Below are positions 9,133-19,337 of a stretch of DNA of 64,000 bases, piece by piece. The notes under the pieces are model-generated. The model saw only the letters and a list, made by a program, of their open reading frames with translations. It did not search any database and was not told the origin of the DNA. A program made the translations under genes and the position numbers. The stretch lies in the NCBI GenBank assembly GCA_963767925.1, contig CAVYGB010000006.1:192001-256000 (forward strand). Direction: 5' to 3'. Origin of the DNA: an uncultured delta proteobacterium. GTDB taxonomy: Bacteria > Myxococcota_A > Polyangia > Fen-1088. Within the stretch, counting starts at the first letter, position 1; each line of letters starts with the position of its first letter.

Positions 9133-9165
9133 GCTGCTGCTGGTGGTGCTGCTGCTGCTGCTGCT
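9133..9165. repeat. Imperfect (GCT)n trinucleotide tract between convergent genes
   Basis: gctgctgctggtggtgctgctgctgctgctgct. Confidence 0.7.
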
Positions 9166-10893
9166 CTACGGCGTCCGGGTGCGAAAGTGTTCGGAGCGGG
9201 CCATGCGGACGAAGAAGTCGACCAGGCTCATGCCGCCGCGGAGCTCGGCGGCGGCGTTGTTGACCAGGCAGGCGGCGCTGCGCTGGGGGACGCCGAAGGT
9301 GAAGCTCGCCAGGTAGGTGGCCATGCACTCGGAGGTCTCGGGCAGGCGGGCGAGCTGCTGGGCCAGCTCGGTGGGGCCGGAGAAGCGGAGGTCTCCGGCG
9401 CTGGTGCCGAGGATGACGCCGCTGTCGTCGATGTCGAAGTTCCCCTCCCGGGCCCGGTAGCGGCCGGTGGCGTCGAGGTGCTCGAAGGCGAAGCCGAGGG
9501 GGTCCATCTGCTCGTGGCAGCTCTTGCAGGTGGGGTCGGCGACGTGCAGGACCTCGTAGCGCTGGCGGGTGGTCTCGGCCTCGGTGGGCTCGGGCAGCGG
9601 GTCGACGACCGCGGGCGGCGGCGGCACGTACCCGCACAGCAGGCGGGTGCGGACCAGGTAGCCCCGCTTGGTCGGCGAGGTGGTCAGGCTGTGGGCCTCG
9701 ATGGCAAGCAGCGAGCCCTGGGCCAGCAGGCCGACGCCCCAGCCGGCGGGACGATCGACCCGGGCGAAGTCGGTCCCCGCCACCGGCGCGAAGCGGTAGT
9801 AGGTGGCGAGCCGGTTGTCGATGAAGGTGTACGGCGCCGTGAGCAGATCGGCCGGCGTGCCGCGGTTGTCGAGCACCACCCCGGTGATGAACCGGCGGGT
9901 CTCCTCGCTGAGGGCCTCCTGGACCGCCTCCTGGAAGTCGGGGAAGACGGCGTCGTCCTTCCGGAGATTCTGCAGGGTCGAAAGGCCCAGCCACTGGTCG
10001 GCGAAGCGGAGCACAACCTGGCGGAAGGCGGGCCGGACGCTGCGGTTCTCGTCGAACACGAGGGCCCGGGCGGCGGCCTCGATCTGGTCGGGGGTCGACA
10101 GGCGGTTGCTGGCCGCGAGCTGCATCAGCTCGAGGCTGGGGGGGCCGCCGCTGAAGGTGTACGACAGCGCGCTCGCGATCTCGTACTGGCTCAGGCGGTA
10201 GCGGCCAGCCCCGTCAGGCTCACCGAGCTCGCTGCGGTAGATGACGTTGGGCGACTGGAGCAGGGTCGAGGTGGCCCAGTAGACGAACGTCTTGAAGTCG
10301 GCCTGGCGGGCCACTTTCTCGTACAGCGCCAGGTAGCGCGAGCGCTCGGCCGGCGTGAGGGGCCGGCGGTAGAGCCGGGCGCCAAAAGTTGTCACGAAGG
10401 TCTCCGCGCAGGGCGGTCCCCCCGCGGTGGCGCAGGGCAAGAGGCGGGTCAGCAGCGGCTCGCTCGAGACCAGGGCGGCGACCTTGCGCGCCCCCTCGGA
10501 CGAGCCCCGGGCGTATTCGGTGCCGACGGTGAGGCGGTCGACGTTGTTGGTGAACCCCTCCAGGGAGGCCGGATCGGGCGGCAGCCCGAACCCCGGAAAC
10601 TGGGTGGTGTCGAGCCCGAACACGACCCGCACCGTGGTCTCGATCTCCTCGGCGGTCAGCCGGCGCAGCACCCGCCGCCCCGGCTTCTCCTGCCCATCCG
10701 CGCACATCACCTCCGGCGGCGGCACCGCCGGCGGTTGCACTCCCGGCGGGTTCACGCCGCCGCCGTTCCCGTTCCCGCCACCGTTCCCGCCCGGCACGGG
10801 AACCGCCGGCCCCGCCCCACCCACCACCTGCCCGTTGCAGCCCAGCAGCCCGACGGCCGCCCCGATCAGGAAAAACCCCGCGCGCTTGCTCAT
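9166..10893 (-). CDS. DUF1592/DUF1588/DUF1595-domain lipoprotein with one CxxCH
   Basis: Lipobox LLGC; LRRLT..E, RLYRRPLT, YRSELG, TSPTKRG, CKSCHEQMDPLGFAFE; start overlaps the DUF1552 stop. Confidence 0.85.
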   Translation of the reverse strand: MSKRAGFFLIGAAVGLLGCNGQVVGGAGPAVPVPGGNGGGNGNGGGVNPPGVQPPAVPPPEVMCADGQEKPGRRVLRRLTAEEIETTVRVVFGLDTTQFPGFGLPPDPASLEGFTNNVDRLTVGTEYARGSSEGARKVAALVSSEPLLTRLLPCATAGGPPCAETFVTTFGARLYRRPLTPAERSRYLALYEKVARQADFKTFVYWATSTLLQSPNVIYRSELGEPDGAGRYRLSQYEIASALSYTFSGGPPSLELMQLAASNRLSTPDQIEAAARALVFDENRSVRPAFRQVVLRFADQWLGLSTLQNLRKDDAVFPDFQEAVQEALSEETRRFITGVVLDNRGTPADLLTAPYTFIDNRLATYYRFAPVAGTDFARVDRPAGWGVGLLAQGSLLAIEAHSLTTSPTKRGYLVRTRLLCGYVPPPPAVVDPLPEPTEAETTRQRYEVLHVADPTCKSCHEQMDPLGFAFEHLDATGRYRAREGNFDIDDSGVILGTSAGDLRFSGPTELAQQLARLPETSECMATYLASFTFGVPQRSAACLVNNAAAELRGGMSLVDFFVRMARSEHFRTRTP

Positions 10894-12215
10894 GCCCGCA
10901 GCTCCGCCAGGATGGTCGACCCGAACTGCGTCGCGGCCGGGGCCCCGAAGATCTGCAGGATGGTCGCCAGCACGGTCTTGTTGTTGATGCCGGTCTTGGT
11001 GATGAAGGTCCCCGCCCGCAGCAGCCCGCCCGCATTGCCCACCACGAAGGTCGGCACGCTCTCGCTGCCGTGGGAGACCGGCAGGCACTCCGCCATCACG
11101 ACGATCGCCGTGTTGTAAAGGACGGTCTTGCCCCCCGGGTCGAGGGGGTCGGGCACGTCGAGCGCCGCCAGCAGCCGTTCGAGCTTGGTCATGTACCAGC
11201 GCTGGCACTGAGAGAAGATGGTCTGGTTGCCGTGCGAGGTGTTGTGGTGGGGATAACCCCGGTCGACCGGGACGATGGCGTTGCCGTCGGCGCTGCCGGC
11301 CTGCAAGGTGGCCACCCGGGTGAGGCCCGAGACGAGCGACCGGGCCAGGATGTCCACCTGGGCGTCGAAGATGTCGGAGAAGAGCGCGTGTTTGTAGGCG
11401 TCCTTGGCGTTGCCCTGCAGGGCCGGGCGCAGCTTCTCGACCGAGGCGAGCTGCCCGCCGGCAGCGGGCGGACCGCCCGGGGTGGCGATGGGGGGCGTGG
11501 TGGAGGGGCGCAGCGAGCGCAGGGCGTCCTTGTGCTGGTCGAGCTTGCCCCGCTCGAGCGCCGAGTCCCTGAGCCGGCCGGACAGCTCCCCGATCTCCGC
11601 CTCGATGAGGTCGAGCGAGTCGCTGGTGAAGTCCACGCCGGAGGCCCCCGGCGCGGGCGCAGCGCCGCCGCTGGCGAACACCCGGTCGAAGGCGGTGACC
11701 GGGTTGGCCTCGTAGTCCACCGCCTTGGGCGAGAAGAAGAAGGTCGAGCGCCCGTAGCGCTGGTAGTAGTTGATCGAGTCGGCCGGGATGACCCCCAGGT
11801 GCAACGACTTCATCATCGAGGGCGCGCTCGCCGCGAGGTGATCGGCGATCACCTGGTCGGCTGACTTCACGTTGGGATCGGCCGTGTCGTAGCTGGCGAC
11901 CGGGAAGCCCGAGAACATGCTCCGCACGGCGAAGTGGTTCTGGGACCCGGCGATGTCGACCCCCCGGATGAAGGTGATCTGCTTCGAGTAGCTCTTGAGC
12001 GGCTCGGTGATGGTGCTCATCGCCGCCAGGTTGCCGGGGTTGGGCCAGAAATATTGCGACTCGGCCCCGTTCATCATCGGCCAGAGCACCAGCCGCAGGG
12101 GCGGACCGCCGGCCTGCGCGAAGGCCCTCCCGCCCAGCAGGGCCGATGCGGCCGCAGCCCCGCCGGAGGCCTTCAGCCACTGGCGTCGCGAGAGGCGGTG
12201 CGGTCGCTGCTTCAT
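10890..12215 (-). CDS. DUF1552-family (HxxSHH-type) Tat-exported protein
   Basis: SRRQWLK Tat motif; SADQVIA, NPVTAFDRVF, HHNTSH; usual partner of DUF1592 proteins. Confidence 0.85.
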   Translation of the reverse strand: MKQRPHRLSRRQWLKASGGAAAASALLGGRAFAQAGGPPLRLVLWPMMNGAESQYFWPNPGNLAAMSTITEPLKSYSKQITFIRGVDIAGSQNHFAVRSMFSGFPVASYDTADPNVKSADQVIADHLAASAPSMMKSLHLGVIPADSINYYQRYGRSTFFFSPKAVDYEANPVTAFDRVFASGGAAPAPGASGVDFTSDSLDLIEAEIGELSGRLRDSALERGKLDQHKDALRSLRPSTTPPIATPGGPPAAGGQLASVEKLRPALQGNAKDAYKHALFSDIFDAQVDILARSLVSGLTRVATLQAGSADGNAIVPVDRGYPHHNTSHGNQTIFSQCQRWYMTKLERLLAALDVPDPLDPGGKTVLYNTAIVVMAECLPVSHGSESVPTFVVGNAGGLLRAGTFITKTGINNKTVLATILQIFGAPAATQFGSTILAELRA

Positions 12216-12636
12216 CGTGTCCCTCCGGAGGTGGCCGCTCGCGGCCGCTCGTCAAATGCTGTGGCGCCAGATGGCCTAGCGCAACGCGCCGAGACCAGGC
12301 TTCCCCCCAGCGCGCCCTGCTTGCCAATGGTGAGTGTGGGTGCTGGGCGCGCCCACGCCAATTCTGTTCAATATAGTACGGCACCCCTGGGTCGCGCGGT
12401 GCCCGACACCGGCTACCAGCGGCGGCGATCGGCTTTCCGGCACGGGAGGAAGGCTATAGACTATCGGCTCCGGCCGGCACCGTACAAAGGTCCCCGCTCG
12501 AGGGCATTCGTTTCCGAGTGCCGGACGAGCCCCCATGATTGGAGAGTGACGTGGGCAGCCGGCGCCCTACCAGCGGCTGCCACATGGTATCCGTACGACG
12601 CGGCCGAGCGTGCGTACGGGCACCGAAGGGGGTTGG

Positions 12637-14574
12637 ATGCAAAGCGGCGGGAACAACGCCAGGCGGCTCTTGATCGTCGAGGACGACGAGGACTTCGCCG
12701 ACAGCCTGGCGAGCATCCTGCTGCCCCGTGGGATGGAGGTGGTGGTGGTCCGCGACCCCTCCGAGCTGCCCGGGGTGCTCGACCGGTTCGGCGCCGAGGT
12801 GGCCCTTGTCGACGTGCGCCTGGGCCGCTTCTCCGGCCTCGAGGTGGTGGCCCAGCTCAAGAGCCGCAAGCCGGCCATCCTCACGGTGGTGATGACCGCC
12901 TACGTGGCGGCCGAGACCGCCATCGAGGCGCTCCGCCTGGGGGCCTACGACTACCTCACCAAGCCGTTCGATCCCAGCGAGCTGTGGGCCACCCTCGAGC
13001 GCTGCTTCGATCGGATCGATCTCGAGCGGGCCCGGGCCCGGGCAGAGGCTGACCGCCGCAAGAGCCAGGCCCGCCTGCGCGCGCTGGTCGACAACTCGCT
13101 CGACCTCATCGCGGTTGTCGAGCCCGACACCCAGACCCTGCGCTTCGTCGCCCCCTCGGTGACGACCTTGCTGGGCTATCCGCTCGAGGGGAGCATCCGG
13201 CGCGACTTCTTCGAGCTCGTGCACCCCGAGGACCGGGAGGACGCCGCCCAGGTCGTGCAGTCCTGCGCCGGGAACGAGGGGTCCACCCAGATGGTGGAGC
13301 TGCGCTTTTTACACGGCAACGGCTCCTGGCGCTGGTTCGAGGTGGCGGCCCGCGGCCTGCTGGGCGAGCCGGCCATCGGCGGCGTGCTGCTCTGCGCCCG
13401 CGACGTGACCGAGCGGCGGGCCATGGAGGAGAAGCTCCGGCAGGTGCAGCGGATGGAGGCGGTGGGGCAGCTCACCGGCGGGGTGGCCCACGACTTCAAC
13501 AACCTGCTGGCGGTCATCATCGGCAACCTCGATCTGCTCAAGCGCGACCTGCGTGACGAGCCCAGCCGCCTGCAGCTCATCGAGGGCGGCATGCACGCGG
13601 CCGAGCGGGGGGCCACCTTGATCCGCCGGCTGCTGGCCTTCGCCCGCCGCCAGACGCTCACCCCCCGGCCGCTCGACCTCAACGACCTCATCCGCAACGC
13701 CATCGAGCTGCTGCGCCGGGCGGCCGGGCCCAACGTGCAGATCGACGCCGACCTGGCGCCCGACCTGGCGGCCTGCATCGCCGACACCGCCCAGCTCGAG
13801 ACGGCGCTGCTCAACCTCGTCATCAACGCCCGCGACGCCATGGCCGACGGCGGGCGGGTCCAGATCGCCACCCGCAACGTCCGGCTGGTGGGCGAGAGCG
13901 AGGTCCCCGAGGGCGAGGGGGCGCCCTACGTGCGCGTCTCGGTGACCGACAACGGCTCGGGGATCAGCGAGGAGATCAAGGGGCGGGTGTTCGAGCCGTT
14001 CTTCTCGACCAAGGCGCCCGGCCGCGGCACCGGGCTGGGGCTCAGCATGGTGTTCGGCTTCGTCGAGCAGTCGAACGGCAAGGTCCGGCTGCAGACCGAG
14101 GTGGGGGTGGGCAGCACCTTCTCCCTGTATTTCCCCCGCTCCGATCAGCAGGCCGCCGCGCAGCCCCGCCCCCGCACCAGCGAGGGGGCGCCCCGCTCGC
14201 GCGACGAGAGCATCTTGCTCGTGGAGGACGACGGAGAGGTCCGCCAGATGTTGCAGCGGCTGCTCGGCGAGCTGGGCTACCGGGTGGCGGTGGCGAGCAG
14301 CGGCCCCGAGGCGCTGGCCCTGCTCGAGGGGGGTCTGCGCCCCGATCTGCTGCTCACCGACGTCGTGCTTCCCGACGGCCCGAACGGCTACGAGCTGGCG
14401 GCCCAGGCCCGCGCGCGCCAGCCCCGGCTGAAGCTGATGTTCACCTCGGGCTACGCCCAGGGGGTGTCGGGCCGCCGGCCGGCCACCGTGGCCGGCGCCT
14501 TCATGTTGCACAAGCCCTTCCACCGCACCGAGCTCGCCCACCTGGTCCGGCGGGCGCTCGACGCGGGAATCTAG
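12637..14574 (+). CDS. Hybrid sensor kinase REC-PAS-HisKA-HATPase-REC
   Basis: LIVEDD...YLTKPF; PAS HPED; GGVAHDFNNLL; NARDAM; GTGLGL; C-terminal LLVEDD...LLTDVV...KPF. Confidence 0.95.
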   Translation: MQSGGNNARRLLIVEDDEDFADSLASILLPRGMEVVVVRDPSELPGVLDRFGAEVALVDVRLGRFSGLEVVAQLKSRKPAILTVVMTAYVAAETAIEALRLGAYDYLTKPFDPSELWATLERCFDRIDLERARARAEADRRKSQARLRALVDNSLDLIAVVEPDTQTLRFVAPSVTTLLGYPLEGSIRRDFFELVHPEDREDAAQVVQSCAGNEGSTQMVELRFLHGNGSWRWFEVAARGLLGEPAIGGVLLCARDVTERRAMEEKLRQVQRMEAVGQLTGGVAHDFNNLLAVIIGNLDLLKRDLRDEPSRLQLIEGGMHAAERGATLIRRLLAFARRQTLTPRPLDLNDLIRNAIELLRRAAGPNVQIDADLAPDLAACIADTAQLETALLNLVINARDAMADGGRVQIATRNVRLVGESEVPEGEGAPYVRVSVTDNGSGISEEIKGRVFEPFFSTKAPGRGTGLGLSMVFGFVEQSNGKVRLQTEVGVGSTFSLYFPRSDQQAAAQPRPRTSEGAPRSRDESILLVEDDGEVRQMLQRLLGELGYRVAVASSGPEALALLEGGLRPDLLLTDVVLPDGPNGYELAAQARARQPRLKLMFTSGYAQGVSGRRPATVAGAFMLHKPFHRTELAHLVRRALDAGI

Positions 14575-14579
14575 ATCAG

Positions 14580-16172
14580 CTACCCGGCGCGGCGGCCGCC
14601 GGCCGGGCTGGCGGCGGAGACGGCCTCGGCGGGGTCGTCGACCGGCGCTTCGCCCGGGTCGTCGGCGACCTGGACGCCCGGTTCGGTGCGGTGGCGGACG
14701 TCGTCGAGCTTGGCCCGGGCGGCGGCGGCCCGCTCGCGTCCCGACAGCAGCCGCACCGTCTGGATCAGCAGGGTCGTGCCGATGTAGGCCGCCAGCACCC
14801 CCAGCGGGACGGCGATCACCCAGGGCCAGATGAAGCCCACCGCGGCCAGCGCCAGCAGCACGAACGAGGCCACCCCCAGCACGCGCGCCTCGGCCGGACC
14901 GAGCACGCGGTGGTCCTTGATGGCGGCGCCCACCGCGCTGCCCAGGCTCAGCGCCCCGGCGGCGGCCCGGCCAGCGCTGCCCGAGCGGGGGCGCCAGCGC
15001 CGGTGCTCGACCCGCTGGGTGGGGCGGATCCGGTTGCGGCGGGCGAGCACGATCTCGGTGGCGCGCTCGAGGTCCTGCTCGTACATCTCGGCCACCGCGG
15101 TGGCCACCCGCTCGTCCTCGACGGCGACGTCGAGCTCGTAGTTGGCCCAGAAGCTGGCGACGTTGAGGTTCGTCGATCCCACCCGGGCCCAGCGGGCGTC
15201 GGCCACCGCGCTCTTGGCGTGCAACATCGACCCGTTCCACTCGAACACCCGCACCCCCGCCTCGAGCAGCGGGCGGTAGCCGGCGCGCGACAGCGGGCTC
15301 AGCACCGGGATGTCGCTGGCCCCGGGGACCAGCAGCCGCACGTCGACGCCGTCGCGGGCCGCCGCGCACAGCGCCTGCACGTAGGGGGTGAGGCCCACGA
15401 AGTAGGCGTCGGTCAGCCAGAGCCGCTCGCGCGCGAGGGCGGCGATGAGCTGGTCGAGCCGGAACAGGCCGGCCATGCTCGGCGCGGTGGCGACGACCCG
15501 CACCGGCACGTCGCCCACCCCGGGGCCGTCGTGCTCGTGGACCAGCTCCTCGTCGGGCAGGGGCTGGCCGCTGGCGGCCCAGACCCGGGCGAAGGCGTCC
15601 TCCAAATCGGCGACCGCCGGCCCCCGGATCTCGATGCCGGTGTCGCGCCAGGGTTCGACGCCCTTGCCGGGGTTGCCCAGCCAGCGCGCGCTCACGCACA
15701 GGCCGCTGACGAACCCGACCTGGCTATCGATGGCGATGGTCTTGCGGTGGTCGCGCGAGATCCAGCCGAAGGGGCTGTCGAGGCGGGGCGGGTTGAAGGC
15801 CCGCACCTCGCCGCCGGCGGCGCGCAGCCCGGCCCACAGCTTCCGGCTGCTCGAGGTGCCGAGCCAGTCGTAGAGGACCCGGACCTTGACGCCCTGGCGG
15901 GCGCGCTGCTCGAGGGCGTCGGCGAAGGTGCGACCGATCTCGTCGTCGGCGAAGATGTAGCTCTCGAAGAAAATGTGACGGCGGGCGGCGGCGATCGCCT
16001 CCAGCCAGGCCGGGTAGTTCTCGGTCGCGTCGCGCAGCAGCCGCACCCGGTTGCCCAGCACCAGCGGCGCTCCCGCAGCGCGCGACAGGGCCTGCTCCGC
16101 CAGACGGCGTTGCATGAGACCCCGCCCGGCGTCCGGTTTGGCGCGGAGGCCGAAAAACCGACCGACACTCAC
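14580..16172 (-). CDS. Cardiolipin synthase-like phospholipase D family protein
   Basis: Two HKD motifs ([20 protein letters not shown]), WRDT, VGSTNLN; C-terminal TMs; alternative start at 16115. Confidence 0.9.
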   Translation of the reverse strand: MSVGRFFGLRAKPDAGRGLMQRRLAEQALSRAAGAPLVLGNRVRLLRDATENYPAWLEAIAAARRHIFFESYIFADDEIGRTFADALEQRARQGVKVRVLYDWLGTSSSRKLWAGLRAAGGEVRAFNPPRLDSPFGWISRDHRKTIAIDSQVGFVSGLCVSARWLGNPGKGVEPWRDTGIEIRGPAVADLEDAFARVWAASGQPLPDEELVHEHDGPGVGDVPVRVVATAPSMAGLFRLDQLIAALARERLWLTDAYFVGLTPYVQALCAAARDGVDVRLLVPGASDIPVLSPLSRAGYRPLLEAGVRVFEWNGSMLHAKSAVADARWARVGSTNLNVASFWANYELDVAVEDERVATAVAEMYEQDLERATEIVLARRNRIRPTQRVEHRRWRPRSGSAGRAAAGALSLGSAVGAAIKDHRVLGPAEARVLGVASFVLLALAAVGFIWPWVIAVPLGVLAAYIGTTLLIQTVRLLSGRERAAAARAKLDDVRHRTEPGVQVADDPGEAPVDDPAEAVSAASPAGGRRAG

Positions 16173-16340
16173 CCTTGCAAAGCTAGCACGCCCGGCGCGT
16201 CGAAGGGACCGGGCTGCCGCGGACTTTCGCCGAGGAACCCCCTGAAATCGCGTCGAGACGCGACCCGATCGCCGGATCCTCCTCGCCGGAGGAAACGCGT
16301 CGACGCTCGCGCTCCGCCGCCGGAGTCCGATCTACTCGAC

Positions 16341-17444
16341 TCAGCGCCGCTTCTTGAGGGCGGCCTTCTTCACGGTGGCCTTGCGGGCGGGGGCCTTCTC
16401 CATGGCCGGCTCGGGGGCCACGGCGACGGCCGGGGTCGCCTCCGCCACCGGGGCCGGCTCGGGCTCGCGGACCCGCTCCTCGGTCACCTCGACGTGGGCG
16501 ACGATCCAGTCGGTCACGTCGTTGATGACGAGGTTGCGGCCGGGCTCGTGAAACAGGGCGTGCGACAGCCCGTCGTAGGTCTGCAGCTTCTTGTCGGAGG
16601 TGGCGGCCCGCTCGTGCAGGAGCTTGACCGGCCCGGCGCTGCCGAGCTCATCGGCCGTGCCCCACAGCACCAGCAGGGGGACGTTGAGGTTGGTGCCCCC
16701 CTTCTGTAGCTCGTCGCTGGCGCGCAGGAGCTCGCCCGCGGTGGAGGCGGTCGGCTTGCCGGCGTGGATGAGGGCGTCATTCTGCAGCGACTCGACCACC
16801 CGGCGATCCTTGGAGTAGCGGGCGAGGTCGACGTCGAGGCGGGGGGTGCGGGGCGTGAGGATGGCGTAGGCCCGGGTCCCCATGCGCTCGGCGCGCTTGA
16901 CGTTCTCGCGCAGCAGGGGCGCGCTGAGGATGACGCCGTCGACGGGGGTCTTGCTCCGCAGGGCGTAGACCCCGGCCAGCGAGGCGCCGAAGCCCTGGCC
17001 CAGCACGAACACCGGCTTGCCCTTCTCCCGGTCCCGGACCCGGGTGATGAGGGTGTCGAAGTCCTTCACCAGGTTCTCGATGGAATCGATGTGGTCGCGC
17101 ACGCCTTCGGAGTAGCCGTGACCGCGCAGGTCGATCCCGCAGAGAGACAGCCCCCGGTTGGCCAGCAGGACGCCGAGCTCGCGGTAGCGGCCGCTGTGGT
17201 CCTTGAGGTCGTGCACCAGCACCACCACCGCGCGCGAGGGCCGGGTCGGCTGCCAGCACTGCTCGTGCAGCTTCAGCCCACCGGCGCCGTCGATGGTCCC
17301 GCGGTAGTAGATGACGTCGGGGGGGACGTTGTCCCCGCCCATCGGCGCCCGCGCGGCGCTATAGGGGGCCGTCGCGCAGCCGCCCGCCGCTCCGCAAAGA
17401 CCGAACAACACCAGGCTGACGCATAGCTTCCTCATGGATTTCAT
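16341..17444 (-). CDS. Lysophospholipase/monoacylglycerol lipase-like alpha/beta hydrolase lipoprotein lacking the nucleophile Ser
   Basis: VHDLKDHSGRY, DLRGHGYSEG, elbow GQGFG, WGTADEL, SHALFHE; lipobox AGGC. Confidence 0.85.
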   Translation of the reverse strand: MKSMRKLCVSLVLFGLCGAAGGCATAPYSAARAPMGGDNVPPDVIYYRGTIDGAGGLKLHEQCWQPTRPSRAVVVLVHDLKDHSGRYRELGVLLANRGLSLCGIDLRGHGYSEGVRDHIDSIENLVKDFDTLITRVRDREKGKPVFVLGQGFGASLAGVYALRSKTPVDGVILSAPLLRENVKRAERMGTRAYAILTPRTPRLDVDLARYSKDRRVVESLQNDALIHAGKPTASTAGELLRASDELQKGGTNLNVPLLVLWGTADELGSAGPVKLLHERAATSDKKLQTYDGLSHALFHEPGRNLVINDVTDWIVAHVEVTEERVREPEPAPVAEATPAVAVAPEPAMEKAPARKATVKKAALKKRR

Positions 17445-17630
17445 CCTCACCCCAAAGACAGAGGCCGGCAACCCCTGGAACCGACCAAAACCGGGCGTGC
17501 TTTTCCCGGATTTCCTCGCAAGTCCGCAGAAAGCCTGGGGCGGCGACGGCCGCGGCAGGACGGGTCGGCTCCCCCATCGGGGCCCCGATCCGGTCCGGCC
17601 GGCGCGGCAACCGGCGGAGGCGGGTGGCGC

Positions 17631-19163
17631 TCAGCTGCCGCCGTGACCCTTGCCCAGCACCTCCCGGATGGCCTTGGCGTAGTCGAACGGCTTCACCGAC
17701 TGCTCCTTGGTGTGGCACTCGATGCAGACCTGCTCGGGCACCAGGCGCCGGGTGCCGGTCTTGTCCTGGGAGCGCACGTGGGCGCTGCTCGGGCCGTGGC
17801 AGGACTCGCAGCCGACGTCGCCGAAGAAGGTGGCGGCGGTGGCGATGTTGCGGGTGCCGCCCGGCCGATCGAAGCCGGTGCTGTGGCAGCGCAGGCAGTC
17901 CGGGTCCTTGTCCCGGGCTTTGCGCTCGAGGGTGGCCAGGGCGAACGCGTGCGACGTGGTGAGAAAGTGCTCCTGGGCCGGCTTGTGGCAGAGCACGCAG
18001 GCCGAGGTGCTGGCGTAGGTCCAGCGCTCGTCGGAGGCGCTGGCCAGCTCGCCCTTGCTGCCCGCGCGGGTGACGACCCCGACCGGGAGCTTGCGGGCCG
18101 CCCGCCGCTTGCTCTCGTCGACGTAGGGTTTGACCAGCGCCTGCATCTTCTCGTCGGAGACGTAGGTCGTATCGAGGCGGTGGTAGACCTGCCGGTAGAC
18201 GACCTTGTCGTTGGCGTAGATGTCGAGCTTGCCGACCAGCCGCCCCTGCCGGTCGGCCTCCACGACGGCGATGTTGAGGTCGCGGTCGCGGATGCGCTGG
18301 TTCTTCTTGCCCCGGTTGTGGCCGAGCACGAGCACGTCCATGCCCTGCACGGCGCGGCCCAGCTCGCGGGCGCGATCGGAGCCCTCCGCCAGGTGAAACA
18401 GGCCGATCACCACCTGGGCCCCTTTTTCCCGGAGCAGCGAGGTGGTGCCCTGGGCGGTCCCCTGCGGATCGGCCACCGTTATCCCGAGCGCCTTGAGTCG
18501 GTCGGTATCCTCGAAGCGGAAGGTGTTGAGGCCGAACAGGCCGACCTTCATGCCCGCGATGTCGAGGATCTTGTACTGGGTGAACCAGGGCTTGCCCCGC
18601 TTGTCGAGCAGGTTGGCCGAGACGACCGGAAGCTTGGCCTGCTTGGCCATCGCCGCCACCTTGGCCGGGCCGAAGGTCAGCAGCTCGCGCTCGCCCGGGG
18701 TGAAGGCGTCGAGGCCCAGCCGGCCGAGCCCGGTGACCATGAGGCGGGCGCGCCGCTCGATCTCGCCCTTGTCGGGCGGAGGGTCGTTGGGACCGGCCGC
18801 ATCCATGCGCGGCAGCCAGCTATCGCCGACGTCGACCTGGATGACCGGGCCGGCCGCGCGCTCGTTCCTGGTCATGGTGGCCCGGCGGGCCAGGCCGCCG
18901 AGCGGGTGGGCGTCGTATTCGCCGTCGAGGTTCGACGAATACAGCAGGGTCACCTTCTTGGCGTCGGCGGGCGGCGGCTGCGGCGTGCCGGGCGGGAGGG
19001 CCTTGCGGGCGGAGGGAGGACGGGGGGGGCGCTCGGTGCGCACCCGGGGCGTGGGCGCTTTCCGTTCGCGAGGGGGTTTGGAGGGGGTACAGCTAAAGAG
19101 CAGCAGGGCGAGGGCTCCCACCAGGGTGAGGCAGGGAACCCTCCCGAACCGGGACTGCGTCAT
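17631..19163 (-). CDS. UshA/5'-nucleotidase-like domain fused to a tetraheme c-type cytochrome, lipoprotein
   Basis: GGLARRAT, VDVGD, PGERE, VSANL; CVLCH, CLRCH, CESCH, CIECH; lipobox LFSC. Confidence 0.85.
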   Translation of the reverse strand: MTQSRFGRVPCLTLVGALALLLFSCTPSKPPRERKAPTPRVRTERPPRPPSARKALPPGTPQPPPADAKKVTLLYSSNLDGEYDAHPLGGLARRATMTRNERAAGPVIQVDVGDSWLPRMDAAGPNDPPPDKGEIERRARLMVTGLGRLGLDAFTPGERELLTFGPAKVAAMAKQAKLPVVSANLLDKRGKPWFTQYKILDIAGMKVGLFGLNTFRFEDTDRLKALGITVADPQGTAQGTTSLLREKGAQVVIGLFHLAEGSDRARELGRAVQGMDVLVLGHNRGKKNQRIRDRDLNIAVVEADRQGRLVGKLDIYANDKVVYRQVYHRLDTTYVSDEKMQALVKPYVDESKRRAARKLPVGVVTRAGSKGELASASDERWTYASTSACVLCHKPAQEHFLTTSHAFALATLERKARDKDPDCLRCHSTGFDRPGGTRNIATAATFFGDVGCESCHGPSSAHVRSQDKTGTRRLVPEQVCIECHTKEQSVKPFDYAKAIREVLGKGHGGS

Positions 19164-19337
19164 GGCCCCCGCATCTTACTGCGGGACTTACATCGGCGCC
19201 CCTGCTTGCGCGGGCAAGCACGGATAACCCGGCCGGAGCGGACCGGCGTGGCCTGACCGCTCCGGGACGGACCACCGAAAGGGAGGCGCCGCCCCCGCGG
19301 GGCGTGCCGGCAGGGGAGCCCCGCCGGCACGACGCGG

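Noticed and set aside
9166..12384. 1072-aa ORF spanning DUF1552 and DUF1592
   Set aside because: The first half is an Arg/Gly/Pro-rich off-frame reading of the DUF1552 gene; the real start is ATG 10893 with a lipoprotein signal
12216..12636. Long structured intergenic region as a riboswitch or ncRNA
   Set aside because: Hairpins are expected at this GC content and no family consensus was recognised; an Rfam scan is needed
17631..19163. Selenoprotein candidate
   Set aside because: No in-frame TGA in the ORF
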